Part shown: positions 52,319-63,436 of the stretch, in pieces
Layout of the letters: each line of letters opens with the position of its first letter
How positions within the stretch are numbered: the stretch's first letter is position 1
Notes under the pieces: generated by a model
What the model was told of the DNA's origin: nothing
Database searches by the model: none
Seen by the model: the letters and a program-made list of their open reading frames with translations, nothing else
Program-made: the position numbers and the translations under genes
Assembly: GCA_963769025.1 (NCBI GenBank)
Contig: CAVYKI010000006.1
Location: 608,001 to 672,000 of the forward strand
Length of the DNA: 64,000 nucleotides
DNA from: an uncultured Verrucomicrobiae bacterium
GTDB lineage: Bacteria > Verrucomicrobiota > Verrucomicrobiia > Chthoniobacterales > Chthoniobacteraceae
Direction of reading: 5' to 3'

Positions 52319-54131
52319 CTACCGGTGTAACTCGTTGAAAACCCGTCCGAGCGCTCCCGTGGTCCAGATGAGCGGATAGAGCCGTTCGTGATACCACAGA
52401 CGCGCGAAGTAAAAGCCGATCGGCGCCGGTTCGCGCCATTCGCCGGATTCGACACGCTCGATGAGCCAGCGCACGCCCCGTTCGATGACTTCCCGGTGCG
52501 ACGTCCCGGCCAGCGCCTCCACCGCGAGCGCCGTCTCCTCGACGCTCGAAGGCACGCCGCGCACGCCGCCCCAGCCGCCGTCGTCGTTCTGCGCCGCCGC
52601 AAGCCAGGCGGCCCCGCGCGCCGCGGGAGCCATCGCCGGCATCATGCCCGACTCCGCGAGTTCCCGGAGCGCGGAGACGACAAGCGCCGTTCCGTAGAGC
52701 GGATTCTCGTCGCCGGGGGCATGCTCATTCCCGAACCACAGCGGCACCCACGCGCCATCGTCGCGCTGCGTACGGATGAGATATGCAAGGCCGCGGTTCA
52801 TCCCGCGCACAAGCGCGGGACGCGCACGCGGATCGACTTCGGTTCGCCATGCATTCCACGCGCGAAGCACATGCGCCGTGAGATCCTGCGAACTCCGATC
52901 AAACGGCAGCGCGCCCCAGCCGCGGCAGAATGTCGGGATGCCGCCGTCGCGATTTTGCAGCCCCATCAGCCATCGCACGCCCGCGAGCCCCGCGGCGTGA
53001 GTGGCCGGATCGAGTGGCCCGAGCCTTCGCAATGCGATCAACGCGCCCGGCGTGTCGTCCGCGTCCGGAACGCCGCCGGGCAGATCCGTCCACGCCCAGC
53101 CGCCGGGCGCCGCGTGGGTGTAAGGATGCTCCACGCGCCACTGCTGGCCCAGCAGCCAACCGCGAAGCACGGCGCACTGTTCCGATGCGAGCACATCGGC
53201 CTGATGCGCCAGCGCCTTGATCGCGAGCGTCGTGGTCCACGTCGCGAGATTGGTATCGATCGGCCAGCTCCCGTCGGCGCGCACCGACGCGACCAGAAAC
53301 TCCGCACCTTTTTTCGCGACGATGTGCGAAGCATGCCCCATCGAGGCGAGGCTCATCGTGACGAATGACGTGAGCGGTGTTGCTTCGAGAAATCCCCCGT
53401 TCGGCGGCTGCAACGTCTCAAGCACACGCAGCGTCTTCTTTCGCGCCATCGTCGCGCAGCGCGCCGGTGAGCGGATTCCTCGTCGGCGCGTGATGGTGGA
53501 TCGCCTGCCCGATCGCGATGAGCGCGGGCAATGCGTAGCTGACCACCGGCAGCCGGAGCGCGCCCCAGAAACGATGCGACATCGCGGCGAGCTCGAACGG
53601 CAGCTTCGGCACGAGGCGCCAGCCGTCCGGACCGAGGCGTCCGGAGAGCGCGAGCGTCATCAGGATCGGGACGGAAAAGGTGCGGTCCTTTCCGTAGCGC
53701 CGCGCGATGACTTCCGGCAGGAGAGCGGTGCGCCAGCCATCCTGCGAGGCCGGAGCCGGGGACTCGTCGGCTCCACATTGTCGCCGAATCCACGCCTCGG
53801 CGTTCTCAACGACCTTGGGGAAATCCGAGTCGGCGTCCGCGGCGCCGAGCGCGGCCCAGCAGAGTGCGGTGGTGGAGATGTTCGACTTGCTGCGCGTCGT
53901 GTCGCCCCAGCCGCCGTCGGCGTTCACATTCTGCGCGAGCCACGCCAGCCCGCGGCGGATCAATTCCGCATGCCGCGCGCGATCCGCCGTCGCCAGCGCC
54001 GTCACGGCGGTCGCGGTCGAGAGCGCGCTCGCAGAGAGTTCGCCGGTCCAGTGCCCGGCGGGATTCATCTCCGCGAGCAAGGCGGAGGTCGCACGCTGCA
54101 ACGCGGCGGCGAGCCGATCCCGGTCGGTCAT
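52319..54131 (-). pseudogene. squalene-hopene cyclase-like protein, frameshifted near 53450
   Basis: GHWTGELS, NADGGWG, PDADDT (DxDD), QNRDGG, QNDDGGWG repeats. Confidence 0.8.
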
Positions 54132-54196
54132 CGCGCGGATTGCGCGCCATTCCATCGCGCGGATTGCGCGCTACCCGATCGCGCGGATTGCGCGCC
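54130..54196. repeat. three copies of an 18-bp unit at 24-bp period
   Basis: ATCGCGCGGATTGCGCGC at 54130, 54154 and 54178. Confidence 0.85.
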
Positions 54197-54198
54197 GC

Positions 54199-55357
54199 TC
54201 ATACCTCCAGCAGCAGTCGCGAAGGCTGTTCGATCGCTTCCTTCACCCGGACGAGGAACGTCACCGCCTCGCGCCCGTCCACGACACGATGGTCGTAGCT
54301 CAGCGCGAGATACATCATCGGCCGCACGACGACCGCGCCATTCACGGCGACCGGGCGCTCCTGAATCTTGTGCATCCCGAGGATGCCGCTCTGCGGCGGG
54401 TTCAAAATCGGCGTGCTCAGCAGGCTCCCGTACGTTCCGCCATTGCTGATCGTGAAAACTCCGCCGGACAGATCGTCGAGCCCGATCTTCCCGTCGCGCG
54501 CCTTCGCGGCGTACGCGACGAGATCGCGCTCGATCTCGGCGAAGGACTTCCGGTGTGCGTCGCGGACGACCGGAACCATCAGCCCGCGCTCGGTGCCCAC
54601 CGCGACGCCGATGTCGTAGAAATGGTTTTGCACGAGGTCATCGCCATCGACGCGCACGTTCACCTGCGGCACGGCCTTCAGCGCGGCGACGACGGCCTTG
54701 ATGAAAAACGACATGAAGCCGAGCTTGATGCCGTGCTGCTTCTGGAAGTCCTCGCCCATCGACTTGCGCAGCGCCATCACCGCCGACATGTCGGCCTCGT
54801 TGAAGGTCGTGAGGATCGCCGCGGTGTGCTGCGCCATCACGAGCTGCGCGGCGATTTTCCGGCGAAGGGGCGACAGGCGCTTGCGCGTGACCCGTTCGGT
54901 TTCCTGCGCGGCTGGCTTTTCTGAAATCACAGCGGGCTGCTGCCTCCTCGGCGGCGCTTTTCTCGGCAACGGGTGCCGCAGCCGCAGCTGGCGCAGGCTC
55001 AGGTTTCGCCGCTTCCTTCGCCGGCTTCGCCGCACCTTTCGCGGACTTCGCCGCCTCCTTCGCAGGCTTCGGCGCTTCCTTGGGCGCTTCCGCCTCGGCG
55101 GTTTTCGGTGCAGGTGCGGCTGCGCCGTCCTCGATGGTCCCGACCACTTCGCCGATTTTCACCTCCGCGCCAGCCTGAGCCTTGATGCGCAGCGTGCCAT
55201 CCGCATCGGCGGTGATTTCCGTGGAAACCTTGTCCGTATCGAGCGTCAGGAGCGTGTCCCCCTTGGCGACCATATCGCCATCATTTTTCAGCCACGCGGA
55301 GATCACTCCGCTCGTCACCGATTCGCCGACCGCAGGGATTTTGACTTCAAGACTCAT
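54199..55357 (-). CDS. sucB: 2-oxoglutarate dehydrogenase E2 (apparent frameshift near 54930)
   Basis: [19 protein letters not shown] lipoyl domain; [24 protein letters not shown]. Confidence 0.9.
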
Positions 55358-55436
55358 GTGCTTCGCTTTGGATTGGGTCCGGAGCAATGCAGCATCGCCG
55401 CCGCCGTGACAAGCGCATCGTTTCCGCCGCTGCCGG

Positions 55437-58219
55437 TCACATCTCGAACGCCCGGCGCACGAGTTGCGCCTGTTCGAGGTCGCTGATTTTCTTTGAGCCC
55501 ACTGCCGTGCTCGCTGCCTCGTCGCGCCCGGCGTAAAACGGGCTTTGTCCCGCGAGGTGGCGCAGGCGCGGAGCGATGGTAGCGCCACGCGCCCATGTTC
55601 TCCGGTTCCTCCTGGCACCAGACGAATTTCTTCGCCTTCGGGTACTGCGCGATGGCGTCGGCAATCGCAGTCTCGTGCAGCGGGTAGAGCTGCTCGACCC
55701 GTACGAACGCCGTGCGGCTGATCTGGTTTTCGTCGCGGAATTTGATCAGGTCGTGGAAGACTTTCCCCGAGCTGAAAATGATGCGCGTCACGTCCTCCCG
55801 CTTGCAGTTCAGCGACTCGGTGCCGTCGAAAATTTCGTGGAAACGGCCGTCGGTGAAGTCGCCGAGTTTCGACGCGGCGGCATCGAGACGCAGCATGGAC
55901 TTCGGCGTCATCAGGACGAGCGGCTTGCGGAATTCGCGCATCATCTGGCGGCGCAGAATGTGGAAGTACTGCGCCGACGTGGTGAGGTTCGCGACCTGGA
56001 TGTTGTCCTCCGCGCAGAGCTGGAGGAAGCGTTCCAACCTCGCGCTGGAATGCTCGGGCCCCTGGCCTTCGTAGCCGTGCGGGAGCAGCAGGACGATGCC
56101 GCTCGGCCTTTGCCATTTGCTCTCGGCGCTCACGATGAACTGGTCGATGATCACCTGCGCGCCGTTTACGAAATCGCCGAACTGCGCCTCCCACTGGCAG
56201 AGCATCTCCGGGTAATTCAGCGAGTATCCGTAGTCGAACCCGAGCACCGCCGCCTCGCTGAGCAGCGAGTTGTAAATGCAGAGCTTTCCCTGTTTCCCGG
56301 GATTCAGCAGTTCGAGCGGGCACCAGCGCTGCTGCGTGTTCACATCGTAATAATACGCGTGCCGCTGGCTGAACGTGCCGCGGCGGCAGTCCTGACCGCT
56401 GAGCCGGATGTGTTTTCCCTCGAGCAGCAGCGAACCCCACGCGAGCGCCTCGGCGGTCGCCCAGTCAAAGCCTTCGCCGCGCTCGAACGCCTGCCGCCGC
56501 TTGTCGAGGACGAACGTCTTCACGCGCGGATGGATGTTGAAGCCTTCCGGAACCGTCGTGATGCCGGCGATGATTTTGCCGAGCACGTCCTTCGGGACGG
56601 CCGTTTTCACCGGATCGTGTGTGTAGGGCGGCTGGAGCACGTAGTTGCTGCCCTCGAGCGTCGCGAGTTTCTTCTCCTTGCCCTGCTTGCGATCCTTCGC
56701 GGTCTCCTGCGCCTCGGCGAGCGCGGCTTCGAGGAGCGACCGGATCTTCTTTTGCTCGGCAACGGCGGCGTCCTCGGTGAGCACGCCCTCGGCGACGAGT
56801 CGCTCCTTGAAAATCGTGCCGACCGGCGGATGCGACGAAATCTCGCGGTACATGACCGGGCTGGTGAAGGCCGGCTCGTCGTTCTCGTTGTGCCCGTGGC
56901 GGCGGTAGCAGACGATGTCCACGACGACGTCGCGCTTGAACTCCTGCCGGAACTCGAACGCCAGCTCCGCGCAGAAGCGCACCGCGAGCGGGTTGTCGCC
57001 GTTCACGTGGAAGACCGGCGCATCGACCATCTTCGCGACATCCGTGCAGTACTGCGAGGAACGCGCATCCGCGGGCAGCGTGGTGAAGCCGATCTGGTTG
57101 TTCGAGATGATGTGGATCGTGCCGCCGACGTGATAGCCCGCGAGCTGCGACATGTTAAAAACCTCCGCCACGATCCCCTGCCCGGCCATCGCCGCGTCGC
57201 CGTGGATCAAAATCGGGACGACCTTGGAGCGTTCGGTCATGTCCTGCCGGTGGCGCTGGCGCGCGCGGGTCATGCCCATGACGACCGGGTCCACCGCCTC
57301 GAGATGGCTCGGATTCGCGCTCAGGCGCACCTCGATTTGTGCCTTCGACGGCAGCACTTCGCGCGTGTTCACGTAGCCGAGGTGGTACTTCACGTCGCCG
57401 TCGCCGTACACGGAGTCCGGCATGAAATTCGGATCGAACTCCTGGAACATGAGGCGGTAGGGCTTCCGGAGAAACTGCACGATGATCGCCAGCCGCCCGC
57501 GGTGCGCCATGCCCATGGTGATCTCCTCCACGCCGAGGCGCGGACAGTTTTCCAGCACGGCATCCAGCGCGGAGATGAGCGACTCGCCGCCCTCGACGCT
57601 GAAGCGCTTCTGGCCCTTGTAGGCGACCGTGTGCAGGAAGTTCTCGAACGCCTCGACCTCGTGGATATGCCGCAGCATCCGCGCCTTCGTCGGCGCATCC
57701 ACGCTCCACTCCGCGCGGTTCTCGATGCGCTTGCGCAGCCAGCTCCTCACGCGCGGGTTCGCGATGTGCATGAACTCGAAGCCGATGTCGTCCGAATAGA
57801 TCGCCTCCAGCTTTTCGCGCAGTTCGCGCAGCGGCATCGCGGCGCCGCCGAGGAAGTAATTTGAGGCGACCACCAGATCGAGGTCCTTCTCCTCAAAGCC
57901 CAGTTCACGCAGGCTCAGCAGTTCATTCTCCGGGGCGCTGCTCCGCGAGCGGGTTCGTCCACGCGATCGTATGGCCGAGCGTCCGGTAGGCGTACACGAG
58001 GCCGTCCACGCGCGTTTGCAGCGAGGCGTCGCCGGCAGCGCGCTTCGCCTCCGGCGCCGAGCCATTCGCGCCCGGCGCATGATGCTCAAACTTTTCAAAG
58101 CCGAGCTGAAACCCCTCGCAGAACGCGCGGAGCGACGGCTCCACGGAGGCGGGCTCCTTCAGCCAGCGCTCATAGGTTTCCTCGAGAAGTTCCGCGTTTG
58201 GACGGGTCGCTAAGTTCAT
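55437..58219 (-). CDS. sucA: 2-oxoglutarate dehydrogenase E1 (apparent frameshifts near 57930 and 55570)
   Basis: KRFSVEGGE, GMAHRGRL, GDVKYHLG, HGDAA, WEAQFGDF, HGYEGQGPEHSSAR. Confidence 0.93.
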
Positions 58220-58288
58220 TGCCTTGAAAAATGGACACGCATGCTAATGGCCGTCGCGCAAATTGCAATCTCCGCGCCCGGCGCCGGT

Positions 58289-58720
58289 TCACTCCTCCTC
58301 GCGGGAATCGCGGGGCGGGTAGCGGACCATCGAGGTGAACTTGTGCGGCCCGAAGCCGAACGACCGGTAAAACTCCTGCGCGTCGCGCGTGAACAGATCG
58401 ATGCGGCAGCCGCGAAGCTCCGGGTGTTCGAGGATGCGGGTGAGCATCCACCGCCCGATCCCGGCGCCGCGGTACTCCTTTCCGATCACGAAATCGCACA
58501 GGTAGCCGACCGTCGCCGCGTCCGTGACGACCCGCGCAAAGCCCGCGAGCTTCCCCTCGCGCAGCAGCGCAAAGGACAGCGACCGCCGCACGCTCCGCTC
58601 GATCACTTCGCGCCCGCGCGCCTCCGCCCAGTACGTGCCCCACAGCAGCGAGCACAGCTCGGCAAAATCAATCCGCCCGGGATCGTCGGTCAGAGTGAAA
58701 TCGTCGCGGGTCCATTCCAT
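58289..58720 (-). CDS. GNAT-family N-acetyltransferase
   Basis: GFARVVTD, EYRGAGIG, FYRSFGF. Confidence 0.9.
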   Translation of the reverse strand: MEWTRDDFTLTDDPGRIDFAELCSLLWGTYWAEARGREVIERSVRRSLSFALLREGKLAGFARVVTDAATVGYLCDFVIGKEYRGAGIGRWMLTRILEHPELRGCRIDLFTRDAQEFYRSFGFGPHKFTSMVRYPPRDSREEE

Positions 58721-58814
58721 GCCGGGCGACGCTGCCGCATCCCGCGCCGCGCGTCCATCCCGCAAAAAACACGGCGATTGCACACCGCCGGCCCGCTCTG
58801 CCAGCGTGTGGGCA

Positions 58815-59600
58815 ATGAAAGTTCCCTACTTCCAAGTGGACGCGTTCACCGAGCGCCCGTTCAGCGGCAATCCCGCCGGCGTGTGCCTGCTCGACCGCTG
58901 GGTGCCCGATGCCGTGCTCCAGCAAATCGCCGAGGAGAACAACCTCTCCGAAACCGCATTCCTCGTCGGCGGCGGCAGCTCGTGGGATCTGCGCTGGTTC
59001 ACTCCCACGGTCGAGGTGGACCTCTGCGGCCACGCCACGCTCGCCGCAGCCTTCGTCATTTTCACCGAGCTCGGCCATTCCGCCTCGGCGGTATATTTCA
59101 AGACCTCGAGCGGCGAACTCGGCGCCACCTTCGCGGACGGCGTGGTGATGATGGATTTCCCGTCGCGCCCCGGCCAGCCGTGCGCCGCGCCGCCGGGGCT
59201 CATCAGCGGCCTCGGCCACATCCCGCGCGAAGCGCGCAAGAGCCGCGACTTCCTCGCGCTCCTCGGCAGCGAGGAGGAAGTGCGCACGCTCACGCCCGAC
59301 CTCCCGCAGCTCGCGACGCTCGACTGCCTCGGCATCATCGCCACCGCACGCGGAAGCGACGTTGATTTTGTCTCCCGCTTCTTCGCCCCGCGCGCGGGCA
59401 TCGCGGAGGATCCCGTCACCGGTTCCGCGCACTGCACGCTCATTCCGTATTGGGCGGAAAAGCTTGGCAAGCAGCGTCTCATCGCCCGCCAGCTCTCGCG
59501 CCGTGGCGGCACCATCCACTGCGAGATGCGCGGCGAACGTGTCGGCATCGGCGGAAGCGCAGCGCTCTACAGCCGCGCGCAGCTCCAGATTCCGGACTGA
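58815..59600 (+). CDS. PhzF-family isomerase
   Basis: QVDAFT..GNPAGV, LSETAF, EVDLCGHATL, EDPVTGSAH. Confidence 0.93.
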   Translation: MKVPYFQVDAFTERPFSGNPAGVCLLDRWVPDAVLQQIAEENNLSETAFLVGGGSSWDLRWFTPTVEVDLCGHATLAAAFVIFTELGHSASAVYFKTSSGELGATFADGVVMMDFPSRPGQPCAAPPGLISGLGHIPREARKSRDFLALLGSEEEVRTLTPDLPQLATLDCLGIIATARGSDVDFVSRFFAPRAGIAEDPVTGSAHCTLIPYWAEKLGKQRLIARQLSRRGGTIHCEMRGERVGIGGSAALYSRAQLQIPD

Positions 59601-59677
59601 GCGGCCTCCTTGCGGGAAAAAAAGCGCCGCACCCATTTGCACAGGTGCGGCGCCGTGGGAATCAGGAGAGCGGCTGG

Positions 59678-59956
59678 CTACTTCTTCTTGCCCTTGGCGG
59701 TAAACTCTTCCTTCGTGAGCTTGCCGTCGTTGTTCGCGTCCTTCTTGGCAAAGGTCGCAGCGGCCTTGTCCTTGTCCTTGGCGTTGGCGGTGAACTCGTC
59801 CTTGGTGACGGATTCCTTGCCGCCGGAGATCTTGGCCCATGCGGCCTCGGGATCGGCCTTTTTCTTTTCGCCCTTGGCGGCGTCCGCCGCGGAGGCGGTC
59901 TGGACAAACGCGATGCTGATGGCGAGCGCTGCAATCGTGGAGATGATACGTTTCAT
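59678..59956 (-). CDS. small secreted EF-hand-like protein
   Basis: Signal peptide; DANNDGKLTKEEF. Confidence 0.8.
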   Translation of the reverse strand: MKRIISTIAALAISIAFVQTASAADAAKGEKKKADPEAAWAKISGGKESVTKDEFTANAKDKDKAAATFAKKDANNDGKLTKEEFTAKGKKK

Positions 59957-60148
59957 TTTCTTTTGGGGTTGTTGTTGATGTTGTCGTCGCCCGCGCCACC
60001 GCTTCAAACAGCAGCGGGATGACGTCGAGAGGGAAACCTTTCGCACGTCCGGCAGCAACAGACTAATTTGCCAAAAAGTTGCCCTCGCTTGTCCTAAACC
60101 TCTAACGTCCGGCTATCGCCTGACTTCCGATCCGAAGTGACCTGACCC

Positions 60149-61660
60149 GTGATTCCCGTGCGCGCCCTCCTCCCATTGCTCGCTGTTTTCGCCTCGGCGG
60201 AAGCACCAACGCTTTGTGCCGCCCCCCGTCCGCCCGTCCTGAAAGCCGAGCGCTTTGACCGGGATCCCGGCTGGGAGGGGCACAACAACCGCATCGTTCC
60301 GAAAAGGACGCAGATGGTGAAACAGGACTTCGGCTACAGCGGGACGCACTTCGCGGGCAAGGCCGCGGGCGAAATGGGCGGCGTCATCCAGCGCGCCACG
60401 ACACCCGCGCAATACGCGGCCCCGCTCGCTCCGGCGAAGACGCTCGACGACAGGCTCACGGCTTCCGGGACGTTCGCCATCAGCGGCGCGACGCCGGGCG
60501 CGGGCGTGTTCTTCGGATTCTTCCATTCGCAGCAGCCCGGTGGCAGCGGCAGGCCCATCGGTTCGCTCGGACTGCATTTTGACTTCGAGGGGAAAGGCGG
60601 GCGCCTCGCCGTGCGACTGATCACCGGCTCGAACAAATCGTGCGGCACGTTCACCACGCCGTATCTCCCCGGCAAGTTCCGCCCCACTCCGCTCAAGCTC
60701 GACGGCACGCGCTACCATTGGACGCTCGATTACGATCCGCAGGGCGCCGAGGGCAACGGGCGTTTCACCTTCACGATGCGCAGCGACACGCATACGGCGC
60801 AGGACTACGGCCCGCTGCCGCCGGCATCGCAGAAGGAAGCGCAGGCGCGGTTTCCGAACACGAAGACCTTCACCGTGGACCTCACGCCCGGATTGAAGAT
60901 GGAAAACGCGACCTTCGACCGCTTCGGAGTGTGCAACATGATGAAGTCGGGCGGCACGGCGACGATGTTCTTCGACGACCTGCAGTTCAACGGACAGGCG
61001 CAGGATTTCTCCCATGACCCGGGGTGGATCGGCGCGGGCAATCGCGCGGGCTACGAGGATCGCGAAATCACCGGCGCGCACAACTTCGGCTACAGCGCGG
61101 AGACGAATTTCGCGGGCGGCGCGCCGGGAGAAGTCGGCGGCGGCCTGTGGCGCAGCGGCGACTTTGGCTACTACGCAGACCGCGTCGGCCCGCTGAATCT
61201 CGACCAGCGCCTGGAAGCGCGCGGAAGGGTGAAGCTCGTGACCGCCGGGCCGGATTCCGACATGCAAATCGGCTGGTTCAACAGCGCCGCAAAAGACAAG
61301 GGCGCAGGCGATGCGGAAAATTTCGTCGGCATCCACGTGGGCGGGCCGACGCGCATCGGCCATTATTTCATCCCCGCATGTGCGACCGCGAAAGGAACGA
61401 AGGGCAAGGTGGACAAAGGCCCGATCCTCACTCCGGGAAAAGTCCTCGACTGGTCGCTCCTCTACGATCCCGCCGCGAACGGCGGCGGCGGCGAGATGCG
61501 CGTGACGCTCGGCACGGAGTCCGTGACGCTCGCGCTAAAGCCGGGCCAGAAGGCGCAGGGGGCGACGCTGGATCGCTTCGGCATCTTCACCTCCACCGCA
61601 GGCGGGCAGATGGTGAAAATCTACCTCGACGACTTGCAATACACCGCCGGCCGACCGTAA
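60149..61660 (+). CDS. secreted hypothetical protein with internal two-fold repeat
   Basis: DPGW..N..FGYS..FAG...GE.GG occurs twice; FDRFG/LDRFG..DDLQ occurs twice. Confidence 0.75.
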   Translation: MIPVRALLPLLAVFASAEAPTLCAAPRPPVLKAERFDRDPGWEGHNNRIVPKRTQMVKQDFGYSGTHFAGKAAGEMGGVIQRATTPAQYAAPLAPAKTLDDRLTASGTFAISGATPGAGVFFGFFHSQQPGGSGRPIGSLGLHFDFEGKGGRLAVRLITGSNKSCGTFTTPYLPGKFRPTPLKLDGTRYHWTLDYDPQGAEGNGRFTFTMRSDTHTAQDYGPLPPASQKEAQARFPNTKTFTVDLTPGLKMENATFDRFGVCNMMKSGGTATMFFDDLQFNGQAQDFSHDPGWIGAGNRAGYEDREITGAHNFGYSAETNFAGGAPGEVGGGLWRSGDFGYYADRVGPLNLDQRLEARGRVKLVTAGPDSDMQIGWFNSAAKDKGAGDAENFVGIHVGGPTRIGHYFIPACATAKGTKGKVDKGPILTPGKVLDWSLLYDPAANGGGGEMRVTLGTESVTLALKPGQKAQGATLDRFGIFTSTAGGQMVKIYLDDLQYTAGRP

Positions 61661-61669
61661 GCGCTCCGC

Positions 61670-62659
61670 ATGAAATTCCCCGCCCTCGTCCTCACGCTCT
61701 GCACGCTGTTCGCTGCTGAAACAGTCATCGCCGATGATGCCCCGAAAGCGCTCTCCGCCACTCCGGGCGTCCGGATTCTGGAGGGGCATGGCAGCTCAGT
61801 GCTGGCCGTCGCCTTCTCGCGGGATGGAAAGACCCTGGCCACAGGCAGCCGCGACAAGACGATCAAATTGTGGGACGCGGCGACCGGGAAATTGAAACGC
61901 ACCCTGACCGAGCACACGGGGGACGTGTATGATCTCGCCTTCTCTCCGGGTGGCGAATCGCTCGCGAGCTGCGGGACGGACAAAACGATTCGCATTTGGG
62001 ACGCGGCCACCTTCGAGACGAAGTCCGTGCTCGAAGGGCACACCGACATTGTCCGCTCGATCGCCTTTTCGCCCGACGGCAAACGCCTCGCGAGCGTCAG
62101 CCTGGACCTGACTGTGCGAGTGTGGGACGTGGCGGAGGCGCGCCTGGCGCAAACGCTCCCCGGCCACACGGCGCGGGTGAAATCCGTCGCATGGTCCCCG
62201 GATGGCCGCACGATCGCCAGTGCGAGCAGCGACCGGAGCATCCGCCTTTGGGATGCCGTGTCGGGCGGGCTGAGGTTGGAAATCAAAGGCCATAGCGGCG
62301 ACTTGGAAGAACTGGCGTTTTCACCCGATGGCAAAACGATCGCGAGCAGCAGCAATGACACCACCGTCCGGCTTTGGGACGCGGAGACGGGCAAACCGGT
62401 GAGGACACTGGAAGGTCACACCGCCGAGGTGGATTCGGTGACATTTGCCCCGGACGGAAAAGTGCTCGTCAGCGGTTCCAAGGACAAAACGATCAAGTTC
62501 TGGGACGCGGAGACGGGAAAATTGCTGCGCACGCTGACGGGCGCCACCGGCCGGATCGAGTCGCTCACTTTTTCTCCCGACGGGAAGATCCTGGCGACGG
62601 GCGGCGGCGGCGGCGACACGGCGGTGAGGATGTGGGATCTGAGCGGCACGCACGAATAA
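61670..62659 (+). CDS. secreted WD40 beta-propeller protein
   Basis: Seven GH..V..FSPDG...WD repeats. Confidence 0.93.
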   Translation: MKFPALVLTLCTLFAAETVIADDAPKALSATPGVRILEGHGSSVLAVAFSRDGKTLATGSRDKTIKLWDAATGKLKRTLTEHTGDVYDLAFSPGGESLASCGTDKTIRIWDAATFETKSVLEGHTDIVRSIAFSPDGKRLASVSLDLTVRVWDVAEARLAQTLPGHTARVKSVAWSPDGRTIASASSDRSIRLWDAVSGGLRLEIKGHSGDLEELAFSPDGKTIASSSNDTTVRLWDAETGKPVRTLEGHTAEVDSVTFAPDGKVLVSGSKDKTIKFWDAETGKLLRTLTGATGRIESLTFSPDGKILATGGGGGDTAVRMWDLSGTHE

Positions 62660-62733
62660 GCCTCACTCCCAAACATGCGTCTCATCGCGATTTTCGAAAG
62701 ACGCCCTGAAAACTCATCATCCACATCGAACCC

Positions 62734-63402
62734 ATGAAAACCCCCGCCCTCCTCCTCGCGCTCTGCGCACTCGCCACCGCCGCCTTTGCGCAGACGCCCG
62801 CAAAACCCAACGCGCTCGCGCCGATCGAAGATCAGCCCGGCCTGCCGCGCGTGCTGCTCATCGGCGATTCCATTTCGATCGGCTACACGCCGCCCGTGCG
62901 CGAACTGCTCAAGGGCAAGGCGAACGTCCATCGCATCCCGACGAACGGCGGCCCGACGAAGAACGGCACGGCCAGCATCGAGAAGTGGCTCGGGAACGGA
63001 AAATGGGACGTGATCCACTTCAACTGGGGCATCCACGATCTGAAATTCATGCCCGACGGAAAGCGGCAGGTGGAGCCCGAGGACTACGAGAAAAACCTCC
63101 GCGCGCTCGTGGCACGGATGAAGGCGACCGGCGCGAAGCTCGTCTGGGCGACCACCACGCCGATTCCCGACGGCGAACTCAATCCGCCGCGTTCCTTTGG
63201 GAAGGTGCCGGAGTACAACGCGATCGCGAAAAAGGTGATGACCGAACATGCCGTCGCCATCGACGACCTCAACGCGGCCATCACGCCGCACCTCGCGAAA
63301 CTTCAGAATCCCAAGGACGTCCACTTCAAGCCCGAGGGCTCGGCATTGCTCGCAAAGCACGTGGCCGCGAGCATCGAAGCCGCGCTGCAGCCGAAGAAGT
63401 GA
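62734..63402 (+). CDS. SGNH/GDSL-family hydrolase
   Basis: IGDSISIGY, NWGIHD, DVHF. Confidence 0.9.
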   Translation: MKTPALLLALCALATAAFAQTPAKPNALAPIEDQPGLPRVLLIGDSISIGYTPPVRELLKGKANVHRIPTNGGPTKNGTASIEKWLGNGKWDVIHFNWGIHDLKFMPDGKRQVEPEDYEKNLRALVARMKATGAKLVWATTTPIPDGELNPPRSFGKVPEYNAIAKKVMTEHAVAIDDLNAAITPHLAKLQNPKDVHFKPEGSALLAKHVAASIEAALQPKK

Positions 63403-63436
63403 CGCGCCTTGCGCGTCCGGGCTTGCGGATGTGGGC

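Noticed and set aside
53418..58098. Programmed frameshifting in sucA, sucB or the cyclase
   Set aside because: Multiple unrelated breakpoints without recognisable slippery sites; these genes are not known to be recoded.
61780..62640. ~126-bp periodic DNA repeats
   Set aside because: Fully explained by WD40 protein repeats.
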